Assembly (NCBI RefSeq): GCF_963921235.1
Contig: NC_086097.1
Location: 6,262,001-6,326,000, forward strand
Direction: 5' to 3'
DNA length: 64,000 nt
Source of the DNA: Mobula hypostoma
Lineage: Eukaryota
Shown here: in pieces, positions 22,290 through 33,745 of the stretch
How the letters are laid out: every line of letters starts with the position of its first letter
Position numbering within the stretch: the first letter of the stretch is position 1
Translations under genes and position numbers: made by a program
The notes under the pieces: model-generated
Seen by the model: the letters and a program-made list of their open reading frames with translations, nothing else
Told to the model about the DNA's origin: nothing
Databases searched by the model: none

Positions 22290-25200
22290 GATCATTACTA
22301 ATGTCTCCACAATCTCTACTGCTACCTCTTTCAAAACCCTAGGGTGCAGTTCGTCTGGTCCAGACGATTTATGAACCGTTAGGTCTTTCAGCTTTTTGAG
22401 TACCTTCTCTCTTGTAATAGTAACTGCACCCATTTCACTTCCTTCACACACTACAACATCAGGCATACTGCTAGTGTCTTTTGCTAGTGACTGATGCAAA
22501 ATGCTCATTCAGTTCTTCTGCTATCTCCTTGTCCCCCATTATTATTTCTCTGGACTCATTTTCTAGCGGTCCTATATCTACTTCCATCTCTCTTTTATTT
22601 TTCACACAGTTGAAAAAGTTTTTCTATTCATTTTGATATAGTTTGCTACCTTGCTTTCATATTTCATCTTTTCCCTCCTAACAATTCTTGTAGTTGCTCT
22701 CTGTAGGATTTTAAAAGCTTCAATCCTCTATCTTCCTGCTAGTTTTTGATTTGTTGTATGCCCTCTTTTTGGCTTTCACTTTAGCTTTGCCTTCCCTTGT
22801 CAGCCACGTTTCTACTATTTTGCTATGTTTTTGGAATACATCAATTCTGCACTTCCTCATTTTTGCCAGAAACTCAAGCCATTTCTGCTCAGCTGTCATC
22901 CTTGCCAGCATCTCTTTCCAAGTTACTTTGACCAACACCTCTCTCATACCACTATAATTTCCTTTACTCCACTGAAATTCTGCTACATCAGAGTTTACTT
23001 GCTTTCTATCAAGTTTCAAGCTGAACTCAATCATGTTATGATCACAGCCTCCTTAGGTTTCTTTTACCTTAAGCTCCCTAATCACCTCCGGTTCATTACA
23101 TAACACCCAATCCAGTATAGCTTGTTGGCTCAATGACAAGCAACTCTAAAAAGCCATCTCGGAGGCATTCAACAAGCTCACTCTCTTGAGATCCATTACC
23201 AACCTGATTTTCCCAATTGAGCTGCATGTTAAAATCTCCCATGACTATCATAATATGGTCCTTTTGACTTGCCTTTTCTATTTCCTGTTGCAATCTGTGG
23301 TACACATCCCAGCTACTGTTAGGAGGTCTGTGTATAACTGCCATCAGGGTCCTTTTACCCTCACAGCTTATTAACTCAACCCACAAGGATTCAACATCTT
23401 CCAATCCTATGTTACATCTTTCTACAGATTTGATGCCATTCTTTACTGGTAGAGCGACACCACCCCCTCTGCCTAATTTCCTATCCCTTTATACAATGTG
23501 TAACCTTGGATATTCATTTCCCAACTACCACCATCGTTCAGCCATGATTCAGTGATGATTACAATATCATACTGAACAACCTATAAGAGTGCAACAAGAT
23601 CATTCCTCTTATGCTCCGTCCAGTGAGATATAACAGTTGGAGTACTTTGCCACCCTTTTTGATTCTGCATCCTAATGCATTCACCTTGCTGTCTGAAATT
23701 TTGTCCTGTCATCTGTCTGCCCTTCCTGCATGCCATCTTTGTTTTTTTTAACCACCCGTCCTATCCTGTGACCCTTCACGTCAGTTCCCACCCCCCTGTC
23801 AAATCAGTTTAAGCCCTCCCCAACAGCTCTAACAAACCTGCCCACCTAAGAATATTGGTCCCGCTTGGGTTCAGCAGCAACCCATCACCTTTGTACAGGT
23901 CATACCTTCCACAGAAGAGATCCCAATAATCCAAGAACCTGAAGCCCTGACCCCTGCACCAGCTTCGCAGCCATGCATTTATCTTCCAAATCATCCTGTT
24001 TCTACCCTGACTGGCGCATGGCACAGACAGCAATCCAGAAATTACTACCCTGGAGGCCCTACACCTCTTTCTGCCCAGCTCTCTAAATTCTCTTTTCAGG
24101 ACCTCTTTGCTTTTCCTTCTTATGTCATTGGTACCAAATGGTACCAAGACATTTGTCTGCTCTCCCTCCTCCTCCAAAATGCTCTGGATGTAATCTGAGA
24201 TATCCCTGACCACGGCACCTAGGAGGCAACATACCATTCAGGTGTCCTGTTCATGTCCATAGAATCTCCTGTCTGTTCCCCAGACTATTGAGTCCTTATC
24301 ACTACCACTCCCCTTTCTTCCTCTGTCCCATCTGCACCACGGACCTATGTGCAGTGCCAGTTACCTGCTCTCCGTGACATTCCCCAGGGAGGTCATCCCC
24401 AACAATAGTATCCAAAACGGCATACTTATTATTCAGGAGTTGTGGGCATGTGGCCAAGTGGTTAAGGCATTGGACTAGCGACCTGAAGGTCGTGAGTTTG
24501 AGCCCCAGCCGAGGCAAAGTGTTGTGTCCTTGAGGAAGGCACTTAACCACACATTGCTCTGCCACAACACTGGTGCCAAGCTGTATGGGTCCTAATGCCC
24601 TTCCCTTGGACAACATTGGTGTCGTGGAGAGGGGAGACTTGCAGCATGGGCAACTGCTGGTCTTCCATACAACCTTTCCCAGGCCTACGCCCTGGAGAGT
24701 GAAAACTTTCCAGGTGCAGATCCATGGTCTCGCAAGACTAAAGGATGCCTTTATTTATTATTCAGCAGAATGGCCACAGGATTGCTCTGTGCTAACAGCC
24801 TCTTCATATTTCCATTTCTCCTGACAGTCACCCAGCTACCTGCCTCCTGCAATTTAGTGGTGACTATTTTCCTGTAACTCTGATCGATATCTCCTCACTC
24901 TACCGTACAAGACAGAGCTCATCCAGCTGCTGCTCCAGATTCCTAATGCAGTCTTCAAGAAGCTGCAGCCAGATGTAGTTCCCTGGGAGACTCTGGGTCC
25001 CCCAGGACTCCAACATCTGGCATGAAGAACATTCAACAGCCATTTGCGACACTAGGTACTGTCAGGGAACAAAAGGGAAACTTAACAGAAGCTTACCCAG
25101 AGTCAATGCCTCTTTCAAGCCGAAGTCTCCTTTGAAGCAAATCCTGACACTCCGACTCTCACCACTGGCCCACTCCCTACAATGACCCTCCCATTTGTCC

Positions 25201-25400
25201 CTTCTGTACTTTTAAATATCCACAAAGTTCTGCTTTTAAACAAGCGTCACTGATCTACGAGAAACTTTGCCGTTGTTGTCAGCTCCTGCCACTGATTGCG
25301 TCTCTGGAACGAGACTGGATGCCCATGAAACTCCTTTTAAACAAGCATTAGCAACCTGTGAGAAACCTTATCATTGTGGTCTGCTCCTGCCACTGATTGG
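22290..25400 (-). mobile_element. CR1 LINE 5' two-thirds (5' UTR, ORF1, APE, linker), decayed
   Basis: ORF-track hits 23809-24237 (esterase), 23096-23404 (APE) and 22257-22508 (KSSGPDELHPRVLKE). Confidence 0.85.
24437..24754 (+). mobile_element. tRNA-derived SINE
   Basis: A box TGGCCAAGTGG, B-box-like GAGTTTGAGCCC; 11-bp TSD TTATTATTCAG (24426-24436, 24755-24765). Confidence 0.85.
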
Positions 25401-25404
25401 GCCG

Positions 25405-25855
25405 CTGGACTTTTTATCTTTATCTCTTCCCTGTGCAGTCTATTTATTCTTCTCTGCCTGAAATGTTCTTTGTATGTGACCTATTTTGTTGCATTTTCTG
25501 CAAGTTTCATCCTTAAATCTGTATCGGTTATTTAATTTGCTTCAAAATACTGTTCCAATTGCTCAGCTTACACGTCAATAACCCATTGTGTAATCAAACT
25601 CATCAATCTTTCTGAAGTAACAAGACATTTCTGCTTTTTTTTAATGATTGTTATCACACTTTATGAATCCGCGAATTCTTCCTTTTCTTACTGTTTTTTT
25701 AAAACTTGATCCTGTCTTCCCTTCCGAAGAACATGTGCTTTTTGTAATTCGACTATTCCTCACTGCATTTTATTGTATTTCAAATGTCTTGCTGCATTTT
25801 AACAGGTCGGTCTTCGTGTTGGGTTCTTTTTAAAAATACCTTGTTGCCAGTATTA
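25405..25855 (-). mobile_element. Gypsy (K02A2.6-like) PBS, leader and internally deleted gag; 5' part of the RBM25-carrying element
   Basis: PBS-like TGGCAACAAGG (25849-25839); gag start MSCYFRKIDEFD...EQLEQYFEAN; zinc knuckle CRKCNKIGHIQR...DKDKKS. Confidence 0.7.
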
Positions 25856-26464
25856 TTATATATACAATGAGTTAGGGAAATAGAACCATAGAACCTTAGA
25901 ACACTACAACACAGAAAAATGGACAGACATTGTTTGGTACTGAGAACTTTCTACCCTGAAGAAGATTCTTAACCCCTAATATCTATTTCATATCCCTCCA
26001 CAGATGCTGTCAGACCTATTCAGTTTGTCTGCAGATCATTGGTAGCTTTCTGTTATGTATGATATGTACTCAGGGCTATTAGCATTGTCAATGACCCCTC
26101 CCACACAACAATTTCTTTGACTCCCTACCATCAGGCAGGAGGTACTGTAGCATTCAGACAATGACCATTGGGATGGGAAACACCAACTTCCCCCAAGCTA
26201 TGAGACTACTGAATTCTATGGTATCGCTCAGGTCTCATCACAAATGAAGTGCCATTAGTGTTATACTGTTTACTTTTTAAATTGTGTCATAAATCCTTTG
26301 GTTTCCCCCAATATAATATACACTGGTTAGTAAGATAATTATTCATTGTAAATTGTCCTTTGATTAGACTAGGGTTAAATCAGTAGGCTGTTGTGTGCTG
26401 TGGCTCAAAATACCGGAAGAGCGTGTTCCACTCTGTATCTCTCAATCAATATATAATGCACTTC

Positions 26465-26720
26465 AGGGGCGCCACGGTAACGCAGTGGTTAGTGCATTGC
26501 TTTACATGCCAGTCATGTGGGTTCAGTTCCTGCCGCCGTATGCAAGGAGTTTGTCTGACCTTCCCATGACTTTGTGGGTTTCCTCCAGGTGCTCCAATTT
26601 CCTCTCACAGTACAAAGACCTAGGTTAATTGGTCATTGCAAATTCTCCTGTGATTAGCCTAGGGTTAAATTGGTGTGGGTTGATGGGCTGGAAGGGCCTG
26701 TTCTGTGCTCTATTTATTAA
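26465..26720 (+). mobile_element. V-SINE (HE1-like)
   Basis: tRNA-like head (GGTAACGCAGTGGTTAG, GGTTCAGTTCC), V-domain GGTGCTCCAATTTCCTC, CR1-like tail. Confidence 0.8.
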
Positions 26721-26999
26721 TGAAATAATAGAAACATTTTGGTGCACAGTAGTGATCTCTGGGAGAAGAATTTTTTCCAGATCAAAATGAAGATTAAAAG
26801 GCCACAGAAAGCTATTAAATTCCCCATGATGCATATTGGCACAACCAAGCTGAACCACAGAATTCTTTGTATGTTATGGATGAACTATCAAACTTCAGGA
26901 TATTAAAAAAGATACCTTTGGCAGTAAGAATGCAATGAATTGTTTCTATTTAGCTGGCTATATGCAGCAATGATTATTCTGCACAACACCATGAAATTA

Positions 27000-27375
27000 A
27001 TGCTTTTCCCCTCACCCCTCTTCTTCAATTCCCTGCTCTTACCTCTTCTCCTCACTATCACCTCCCCCTGGTGTCCCTCCACCTTTTTCTTCTCCCATGG
27101 TCCACTCTCCTCTCCTATCAAGTTCTTTCTTCTCCAGCCCTTGACCTTTTCCACCTATCACTGCCTCACTCCTGACTTTATCCTCCCTCCACCACCCTCC
27201 TGACTTCACCTATCGCCTTTTAGCTAGTTCTTCTTCCCCTCCCCCACCTTCTTATTCCGGCTTCTCTCCCCTCCCTTGGCAGGAAGGTCTGGCCCTGAAA
27301 CACTGACTGTTTCTTCATTTCCATAGACGCTGCCAGACCAGTTGAGTTTCTTCCGCATTTTATGTGTGTTGCAGG
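27000..27375 (+). mobile_element. Penelope 3' end, degenerate hammerhead
   Basis: Pyrimidine-rich UTR plus pLTR tail homologous to 17850-18238. Confidence 0.7.
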
Positions 27376-27599
27376 AGCTATTGCAGATGGGTTACAATTT
27401 TCAGTGAATGCAATCCCAGAACTGTTTGAAATTTGGATGATTGGCCTTTCAGCAATAAACAGGGAAGAGTGTCACAATGGAGAACCCAGCATTGGGAGAA
27501 CTTGGGTGTAGGCAAAGCTAATACTTCTTCATAGAGCAATGAAAGAGCCAGTCAATACAGATATCTCCCTCAAGTTATAGATTGGTGCACTAATATGTA

Positions 27600-27935
27600 C
27601 GTTGGATGGCGGGGTGGAGATACACCTCAATCAAAGGAGGTGTAAGACGCTCTTTCCCTCTGCTAGCCTTCAGGTCACCCTTGGGCAAGGTGTAGTCCTG
27701 CTTAGCCCCCGATCAGGGTCACGTGGAGCCATGGGAGCAGGTGATGAATGGTCGTGTGAGCAGCTGGTGCATATCACAAGTCCTGGTTATGTGACCATTG
27801 ATGCCAGGCAGACAATCTCTGAAGAGTATTGAGAATTGGTTGAGTTTATTCATCTTACAAAGACACTGCCCAGAATAGGGCAATGGCATACCACATCTGC
27901 CCAGAAAAGGCACATAATGATGATGATGATGAATA
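27600..27935 (+). mobile_element. SINE-like element (RTE-type) with (GAT)n tail
   Basis: Homologous to 54370-54600; ends in ATGATGATGATG. Confidence 0.6.
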
Positions 27936-29344
27936 TGTTTATATTAAGTATAACAAAATAATTCACTGCTATGCTGCCAGAATAAAAATAATGCTCTTTT
28001 AGCCTGTGTGAGTGTTTTATAAAAATACAGAAGACTTCAGAAGCTAGAATTTGGAACACACAAAGCCATGAAGGATTCAACAGGTCAGGCAGCATCTGTG
28101 GAGGAATATGAACTGTTGATATGCTGATTTGATCTGGGTTCAAATTCACCATGAATGTGCACTTCTAGCCCCCTTTAAGGAGGCCTTGGTGGGGGGGGGT
28201 CTCCATTTCTTTCTGGAATAAAGTTTCCCCCCACCGACATCCTCCTCTGCCTGGCTGTGCTTACACCTCGGTAGAAATGAAGGATCTTGACCCAAAACTT
28301 TGACTGCCTGCTTTCCTCCATAAATGTTATCTGACTTGCAGAGGCCTGCCAACATTTTGTGAAAACGCAAAAGGTTCCGCAGATGCTGGAAATCCAGAGT
28401 ATCACACACAAAATGCTGGAGAAACTCGGCAGGTCAGGCAACATCTATGGAAGTTAATAAACAGACCATAAAATCATTAGAAACAGGAGCAGAGTTAGGC
28501 CATTTGGTCAATCGAGTCTTCTTCGCCCTTCCATCATGGCTGGTTTATTATCCCTCTCAATCTCATTTCCCTGCCTTCTCCCTGTAACATTTGATGCACT
28601 GACTGATCAAGAGGCTATCTGTGTTATGATGTGCATACGTAATAAAGAACTTCATGTCCCCATGTGCACTCCGGGTGGTTCACCCAGAACTGGAAGTGAC
28701 ATGGGTGAGCTGGTCACAGGCGCCCATGCCAAGTTGAAGTTATTTTCTGTAAATAAATATGTGTTAGTTTTATTCACACTAAGTTTATATTTTATCAAGA
28801 GCAAACATTAAAAGTTGGCATGAGAATTAAACATAGAGAGCAAGTGAATAATAAACTCTTCTCGGGCTTATAGCCAGGTAAGGGTATTGATTATAACCGA
28901 CGTATCAATGACAAATTCTGGTATCTTCATCAGTGATGATGCTTGGTCATGTCTAGTCAGGTGGTATTTATACTCCTGTCATCTATCACTCCTGATTGAT
29001 TAGTCCTTATCCAATCAGATTTCTGCTCTCCCACCTTGTTTACAATCGAATTTCAGTTTTTACCAACAGCAAGAAATTAATCGTTGTTAAAATTCCTTTC
29101 CTCTAGTTTTATTTCAATTACGTCCTTCACCAGGCAGTCTCAAAAGCCATTGGTGCGGCACAGTAGTATTGTGCTATCTGAGTCGATTCTATGACTGTTG
29201 CAAATGCAATGTTCTGCTAAAGCTGACTTCTCTGGGTAACTCAAGTGGATACATGTCCTGTGCTCTTTGATGTGGGTTTCCACCAGGCATCCTACTTAAC
29301 TGACATACTTCACAGACAATCCTGTAAACACGAGCCTTCTATAA

Positions 29345-31970
29345 AACCATAAGTCATAGGAGCAGAATTAGGCCATTAACATAAGAACATAAGGAATAGG
29401 AGCAGGAGTAGGCCATCTGGCCTGTCGAACCTGCTCCACCATTCAAGAAGATCATGGCTGATCCGGTAATGGACTCATCTCCACCTACCTTCTTATTCTC
29501 CATGACCCTCAATTCCACTACCTTGCAAAAATCTATCCAGCCTTGTCTTAAATATATTTACTGAGGCAGCCTCCACTGTTTCATTGGGAAGAGAATTCCA
29601 CAGATTCACCAGCCTCCAGGAAAAGCAGTTCCACATTATCTCTGTCCTAAATCTATTCTCCTGAATTTTGAGGCTATATCCCCTAGTTCTAGACTATCCT
29701 ATCAGTGCAAACAATTTTCCTGCCTCTATCTTATCTATCTCATTCATATTTTTATATGTTTCTATAAGATCTCCTCTCATTCTTCTAGTTCAGCCCATCG
29801 AGTCTGCTCCGCCATTCCATCATGGCTGATCTCAGATCCCACTCAATAGACAATAGACAATAGACAATAGGTGCAGGAGTAGGCCATTCGGCCCTTCGAG
29901 CCAGCACCACCCTTCACTGTGATCATGGCAGATCATCCACAATCAGTATCCAGTTCCTGCCTTATCCCCATAGCCTTTGATTACGCTATCTTTAAGAGCT
30001 CTATCCATCTCTTTCTTGAAAGCATCCAGAGACTTGGCCTCCACAGCCTTCTGGGGCAAAGCATTCCATATATCCATCACTCTCTGGGTGAAAAAGTTTT
30101 TCCTCAACTGCATTCTAAATGGCCTACCCCTTATTCTTAAACTGTAGCCTCTGGTTCTGGACTCACCCATCAGCGGGAACATGCTTCCTGCCTCCAGCAA
30201 GTCCAATCCCTTAATAATCTTATATGTTTCAATAAGATCCCCTCTCAGCCTTCTAAATTCCAGAGTATACAAGCCCAGTCGCTCTAACCTTTCGACATAT
30301 GACAATCCTGCCATCCCAGGAATTAATCTTGTGAACCTACGCTGCACTCCCTTAATAGCAAGAATGTCCTTCCTCAAATTTGGAGACCAAAACTCCAGGT
30401 GTGGTCTCACCAGGGCCCTGCACAGCTGCAGAAGGACCTCTTTGCTCTTATACTCAATTCCCCTTGTTATGAAGGCCAACATGCCATTAGCTTTCTTCAC
30501 TGCCTGCTGTACTTGCATGCTTGCTTTCAGTGACCGATGTACAAGAAAACCTAGATCTCGTTGTGCTTCCCCTTTTCCTAACTTGACTCCATTTAGATAA
30601 TAATCTGCCTTCCCGTTCTTCCCACCAAAGTGGATAACCTCACATTTATCCACATTAAACTGCATCTGCCATGCATCTGCCCAGTCACCCAGCCTGTCCA
30701 AGTCACCCTGCATTCTCATAACATCCTCCTCACATTTCACACTGCCACCCAGCTTTGTGTCATCGGCAAATTTGCTAATGTTACTTTTAATTCCCTCATC
30801 AAAATCATTAATATATATTGTAAACAGCTGCGGTCCCAGCACTGAACCCTGCGGTACCCCACTGGTCATCGCCTGCCATTCCGAAAGGGACCCGTTAATC
30901 GCTACTCTTTGTTTTCTGACAGCCAGCCAATTTTCAATCCATGTCAGTACTCTGCCCCCAATACCATGTGCCCACTAATCTCCTGTGTGGGACTTTATCA
31001 AAGGCTCAACCCCATGCACCTGCTTTCTCGCCATAACCTTTGATGCTCTGACTGATCAGAAAATGATCAACTTCCACCTTAAATCTAAGTACAGAATTGG
31101 CCCCTACCACGGTCTGTGGCAGAGCATTCCACAGATTCACCACTCACTGGCTAAAGAAATTCCTTGTTACCTCTGTTTTAAAGGGTCTCCCCTCAATTTT
31201 GAGGCTGTGTCTTCTAGTTCTGGATACCACCACCAGAAGAAATATTCTCTCCACAACCACCCTATCTAGTCCTTTCAACATTTGGTAGTTTTCAATGAGA
31301 TCTAAATTCCAGTGAGTACAGGCCCAAAGCTGCCAAACACACCTCACATGTTAATCCCTTGATTCCTGGAATCATCCTCGTGAATCTCCTCTGGACTCTC
31401 TCCAATGACAACACATCCTCTCTGAGATATGGGGCCCAAAATTGTTGACAATATACCAATTTTTTCCCTTTTTTTCTCTCTCTCTTTTTTCTCCCCCCTG
31501 TCCCTCTCACTATAACTTCTTGCCTGCTTTCCATTTTCCTCTGGGCTCCCCTACCCCTTTCTTTCTCCCTAGGCCTCCCGTCCCATGATCATCTCCCTTC
31601 TCCAGGCTTGTATCCCTTTTGCCAATCAGCTTTCCAGCTCTTAGCTCCATCCCTCCCCCTCTTGCCTTCTCTTATCATTTAGGATCTTCCCCCTCCCCCT
31701 CCCACTTTCAAATCTCTTACTAGCTTTTCCTTCAGTTAGTCCTGACGAAGGGTCTCGGCCCAAAACATCGACTGTACCTCTTCCAATGGATGCTGCCTGG
31801 CCTGCTGTGTTCCACCAGCATTTTGGGTGTGTTGCTTGAATTTCCAGCATCTGCAGATTTCCTCGAGTTTGGGACAATATACCAAATGTGGCCTGACTAG
31901 TGTCTTATAAAGGCTCAGCAATATCTCCTTGCTTTTATATTCTATTCCCTTTGAAATTAATGCCAACATG
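29345..31970 (-). mobile_element. Stack of nested CR1 3' fragments, including a 308-aa open RT C-terminus (29943-30869)
   Basis: SGVPQGSVLGP, KFADD, SRTRG motifs; several different octamer tails at about 29345, 29380 and 29846. Confidence 0.88.
31460..31872 (+). mobile_element. Penelope 3' end with hammerhead (GAAA box mutated)
   Basis: 13-bp TSD GACAATATACCAA (31447-31459, 31873-31885); CTGACGA at 31742-31748. Confidence 0.85.
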
Positions 31971-32099
31971 AGTCCCAGGTCATTTTTGACTCGCATAAGC
32001 TGTGACATGAAACTGGAAGAAAAGAGTTTTAACAAAGATGAAGGTCTCGCTCTTAATAAGAAGTGCAATTCCATTGTAAATAAGGTGTAACAGCAAAAG

Positions 32100-32885
32100 C
32101 ATAAGTGTGAGATGGTTCATTTCGGTAGGTCAAATATGATGACAGAATATAGTATCAATGGTAAGGCTCTTGGCAATGTGGAGGATCAGAGGGATCTTGG
32201 GGTCCAAGCCCATAGGATACTCAAACTGGTGTGCAGGTTGACTCTGTGGTTAAGAATGCATATGGTGCATTGGCCTTCATCAACCATGAGATTGCATATA
32301 AGAGCCAAGAGGTAATGTTACATCTACATAGGACCCTGGTCAGACCCCACTTGGAGTACTGTGCTCGTTCTGGTCGCCTCACTACAGGAAGGATGTGGAA
32401 ACTATAGAAAGGGTGCAGAGGAGATTTACAAGGATGTTGCCTAGATTGGGGAGCACGCCTTATGAGAATAGGTTGAGTGAACTCAGCCTTTTCTCCTTGG
32501 AGCGACAGAGGATGAGAGATGACTTGATAGAGGTGTATAAGTTGATGAGAGGCATTGGTCATGTGAGTAGTCAGAGGCTTTTTCCCAGGGCTGAAATGAC
32601 TAGCATGAGTGGGTACAGTTTTAAGGTGCTTGGAAGTAGGTACAGAGGAGATATCAAGGGTAAGTTTTTTTATGCAGAGAGTGGTGAGTGTGTGGAATGG
32701 GCTGCCGGCAACGATGGTGGAGGCGGATATGATAGGGTCTTTTAAGAGACTCCTGGACAGATATATGGAACTCAGAAAAATAGAGGGCTATGGGTAACCT
32801 TCGGTAATTTCTCAGGTAAGGACATGTTCGGCACAGCTTTGTTGGCCCAGGGCCCTGTATTGTGCTGTAGGTTTTCTATGTTTCT
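32100..32885 (+). mobile_element. CR1 3' fragment
   Basis: ERVQRRFTRMLP motif; (TTTCTATG)n tail. Confidence 0.85.
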
Positions 32886-33230
32886 AAACTGATTGGATGA
32901 GTACTAACTAATCAGGAAGGATGGATGCCAGTGGTATACCATCAGACTAAACATGCCCAGGCGTCATCCCTGATGAAGATGGCAGAGTTAATCATTGAAA
33001 CCCATACCTGGCTGAAAGCCCGAGAAGACTTTATTCATCATATACGCTGGGAAAGCACAAGGTTCTTTTTCACAGAGAATAAATTAAGGAATTAATAAAG
33101 AGGCGCTAGATGTCAACAGAGAGAAGCTTCTGGCCAGAGAGCACATTGTGTCCTGAAGCTGCTTTTGTTCACCAAAATCACCAAGAGAGAGTCAGGTGAG
33201 AGACCGAAAATTCTAGCATGGGTAAGCTTA

Positions 33231-33745
33231 AGCCTGATTTATGCTTCTGGGTCAACTCGACGTCGTAAGTGCTGCATCACCACAAACCCTATGCAGAGCC
33301 GGCGTGGATCCCTTTGCCAGAGCCTGACGCGCACCTCTCCCAAAATGTAACAGCATGTCGCGGCAACGCAGAACGCAGCAACAGTAATCGGTCCGCCTGG
33401 GAGCATCGCATTTCCTCCTACGCTGCAATAGCTTCCCATTGGGCAACTGAAGGGCAGGGAAGGAACTCTGGCTGTAATGCTTTCCATAAAGCTTTACAGG
33501 CCTCTGAAATTACGGAGGACACTTTTCGCTTTTACGAGAAACAACGCTCGCTTTAAAGTTGTTTACCCCGAGAAAGACTACCATGACCATGAAGCCTTGC
33601 GTGGGCAGGTGTGTGCGCATGCGCGACGTGCCCGAATTGCAGAGCGATGCAGACACACCAACGCACAAGTATAAGTGCTCACAACGCGTGTCGGTCACCT
33701 GCGTAGGTTACGGCGTGGAGATCACGCAGAAGTATAAATCAGCCT
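33231..33745. mobile_element. Non-autonomous DNA transposon (MITE) inserted at the start of Gypsy gag
   Basis: TIRs of about 20 bp, AGCCTGATTTATGCTTCTG / CAGAAGTATAAATCAGCCT, flanked by TA (or TTA); CpG-rich. Confidence 0.8.

Larger units (their letters stand above)
28843..33072. mobile_element. Second Penelope family (Poseidon-like): minus copy 28843-29340 plus inverted plus-strand copy 32005-32100 / 32886-33072
   Basis: GIY-YIG C-terminus KEHRTCI...KSALAEHC...IEIKLEERNFN (minus) and KLEEKSFNKDEGLAL (plus); pLTRs with CTGATGA...GAAA. Confidence 0.75.

Noticed and set aside
24440..24515. tRNA gene
   Set aside because: tRNA-like head of a TSD-flanked SINE; no full cloverleaf or terminator.
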